From positions 1-61,280 of the forward strand of contig DAOUUU010000003.1 in assembly GCA_030667985.1 (NCBI GenBank): a stretch of 61,280 bases of DNA, read 5' to 3'. A program made the translations under genes and the position numbers. Numbering within the stretch: the first letter of the stretch is position 1; each line of letters opens with the position of its first letter. Of the stretch, positions 60,517 to 61,280 are shown one piece after another. A model generated the notes under the pieces. It was not told the DNA's origin. It saw nothing but the letters and a program-made list of their open reading frames with translations, and searched no databases. Source of the stretch: Candidatus Krumholzibacteriota bacterium (lineage in GTDB: Bacteria > Krumholzibacteriota > Krumholzibacteriia > Krumholzibacteriales > Krumholzibacteriaceae).

Positions 60517-61128
60517 TCAGTTCAGGACATCATTAGCGATGGCGATCCTGTAGGTCGTTACGTCCCCCTCCTGTATAGGAACGACATAGAACTCAACCTG
60601 ATCATCCCCGTAAATCCTATCTCCGCCATACTCAATAAAGATATAATAACCACGGCTCGTGTACCAACAATCCTCACACGGCTCACCCCAGAGGGAATCG
60701 ACACCCTGCCACGTCCCCGGGTCTATATTCAATCCATACTTGTCGATGATGGGGTGCTCCGGTTTTGCCGGAGTGCCCTTTGCGGCGAGGAACAGATTCC
60801 CCGTCCTCGTAAGATCTGTTTTCCTATCTAAGTATTCCTCGCCACCGGTAACTACATCATCAATCTGGAATTTGAAGAAGTACTCCTCTTCATAGCTGCC
60901 ATCATCCGTTTTTAACAAGAGCTCACCATACTTGACGTCATTTAGGTTTTGGTAGGACACAACGAGGTTGTGGATAAGGTTCTCAGGAATTGTTAGGTCT
61001 TTATAGTCCGGAGGGGGGTTCGGGTTGGGCCGTATCTCTTCCTCGGGGCTCAGAATGCAGCCGAACGAGTAGGAGAGTATGATAATAACCGCTACTAATA
61101 GTGCTGTCTTTCCTGGATGTTTCAACAT
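60517..61128 (-). CDS. Lipoprotein of unknown function (NTF2-like N-terminal half, CxxC-containing C-terminal half)
   Basis: Start at MLKHPGKTALLVAVIIILSYSFGC (lipobox) with a GGAGGAAA RBS. Paralogous to 59814-60418. Confidence 0.7.
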   Translation of the reverse strand: MLKHPGKTALLVAVIIILSYSFGCILSPEEEIRPNPNPPPDYKDLTIPENLIHNLVVSYQNLNDVKYGELLLKTDDGSYEEEYFFKFQIDDVVTGGEEYLDRKTDLTRTGNLFLAAKGTPAKPEHPIIDKYGLNIDPGTWQGVDSLWGEPCEDCWYTSRGYYIFIEYGGDRIYGDDQVEFYVVPIQEGDVTTYRIAIANDVLN

Positions 61129-61148
61129 TGCATTTCCTCCTAGATTAG

Positions 61149-61177
61149 ATAATAGCACACAAACACTCTGTTTTCAA
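61149..61177 (-). promoter_or_regulatory. Candidate sigma-70-type promoter for the lipoprotein gene
   Basis: Minus strand TTGAAA-17 nt-TATTAT, ending 15 nt upstream of the ATG, which implies a short leader. Confidence 0.4.
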
Positions 61178-61280
61178 GTTATAAGACCTTACAACATTCT
61201 GGTATGAATGAATTTGTATCTTATATCTAACATAAAAGGGCAGCATCTATCAGGCCAACCAATTATTCGACCCCTCTCAA

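Overview
This is a 61.3 kb, high-GC (about 60% by eye), gene-dense bacterial chromosome segment. I recognised no rRNA, tRNA, CRISPR array, transposase, integrase or phage gene. Most of it is housekeeping: the rho 5' end, priA, tsaD, thiL, nnr, secDF, ligA, gdhA, ald, pdxJ, and a co-located glutamine-synthetase regulatory set (glnB, glnE, glnD, glnA). Five less ordinary blocks sit among these genes. (1) 3.8-12.3 kb holds a tightly packed five-gene minus-strand signalling operon with three histidine kinases. Two of the kinases are tandem paralogues fused to a C-terminal GAF plus HD-GYP domain. The operon also has a REC-GGDEF(GGDDF) protein and a stand-alone REC, and it is preceded by a sigma-54-type -24/-12 motif. 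(2) 27.0-40.0 kb holds a minus-strand envelope operon. It encodes a small secreted protein, a 1615-aa multi-TM NtrY-type kinase, a DUF4159-like protein, a 1122-aa DUF4175-like protein, a TPR protein and a secreted GATase1-like protein. A consensus sigma-54 promoter and an upstream 11-bp inverted repeat precede it. I consider this the best candidate for an uncharacterised system. (3) A GH57 alpha-glucan cluster with a Rho_N/DUF4912 protein is translationally coupled to ligA. (4) A secreted protein is built from about 11 tandem 16-residue repeats. (5) A lower-GC right-hand tail carries two tandem lipoprotein paralogues; one is decayed by a frameshift plus a TGA at a codon that is Trp in its neighbour. 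All family names come from motif recognition by eye, not database searches. Taxon guess, at low confidence: an uncultivated FCB-like lineage.
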